Of a stretch of 54,674 bases of DNA, positions 54,590 through 54,674 are shown piece by piece. Numbering within the stretch: the first letter of the stretch is position 1; each line of letters starts with the position of its first letter. Source of the DNA: Acidimicrobiia bacterium (GTDB taxonomy: Bacteria > Actinomycetota > Acidimicrobiia > IMCC26256 > PALSA-555); the NCBI GenBank assembly GCA_009694295.1, contig SHVJ01000003.1, positions 1 through 54,674 on the forward strand. The letters are read 5' to 3'. Below the pieces are notes generated by a model. It was not told where the DNA came from, made no database searches, and was given only the letters and a program-made list of their open reading frames with translations. The translations under genes and the position numbers were made by a program.

Positions 54590-54674
54590 CTGACGATCCC
54601 TGTCGGCCTGTTGGCTCTCCCCGAGGCTTGCTCGGAAGGGTCCGGCGAGCAGGACGGGAGAAGGGTGCGCACCG

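Larger units (their letters stand above)
52030..54674. mobile_element. Left end of an integrative element (prophage, satellite or ICE type); continues beyond the window
   Basis: Integrase and repressor divergent from two Xis-like HTH genes, at the position where infB normally precedes DUF503. Exact att boundary not determined. Confidence 0.82.

Overview
High-GC actinobacterial chromosome segment; gene style and order suggest an Acidimicrobiia-like organism (inference). The conserved backbone lies mostly on the minus strand: DUF503-rbfA-DHH-truB-ribF, rpsO-pnp-M16 peptidase-dapB, rnj, ftsK, rimO-pgsA-cinA-thpR, recA, miaB-miaA-dapF-hflX, dapC-dapD, LysM gene-nrdR-nrdJ, with lexA divergent from the LysM gene. 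The best candidate for an undescribed system is a coupled three-gene operon (24760-28079) between ftsK and rimO. It encodes a radical SAM/SPASM enzyme, a Cys-motif/class I methyltransferase fusion, and a Tat-signal lipoprotein whose mature part carries 19 His-x-Asp motifs; the rSAM enzyme itself ends in three HGD repeats. Other accessory content: a class II ribonucleotide reductase with two LAGLIDADG inteins (missed by the ORF track), a conservon (cvnABCD), a GMC oxidoreductase with a Tat partner, a LivF/IS3 chimeric remnant, a 71-bp duplication covering the ftsK 3' end, and the left end of an integrative element (integrase, repressor, two Xis-like HTH genes). Regulatory motifs read directly from the sequence: tandem NrdR boxes, five LexA boxes, a 14-bp motif shared by recA and the LysM gene, and a 35-bp inverted-repeat unit next to both GlxA-family regulators. 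No rRNA, tRNA or CRISPR array was recognised. All assignments come from motif recognition without database searches, and start codons are best estimates.
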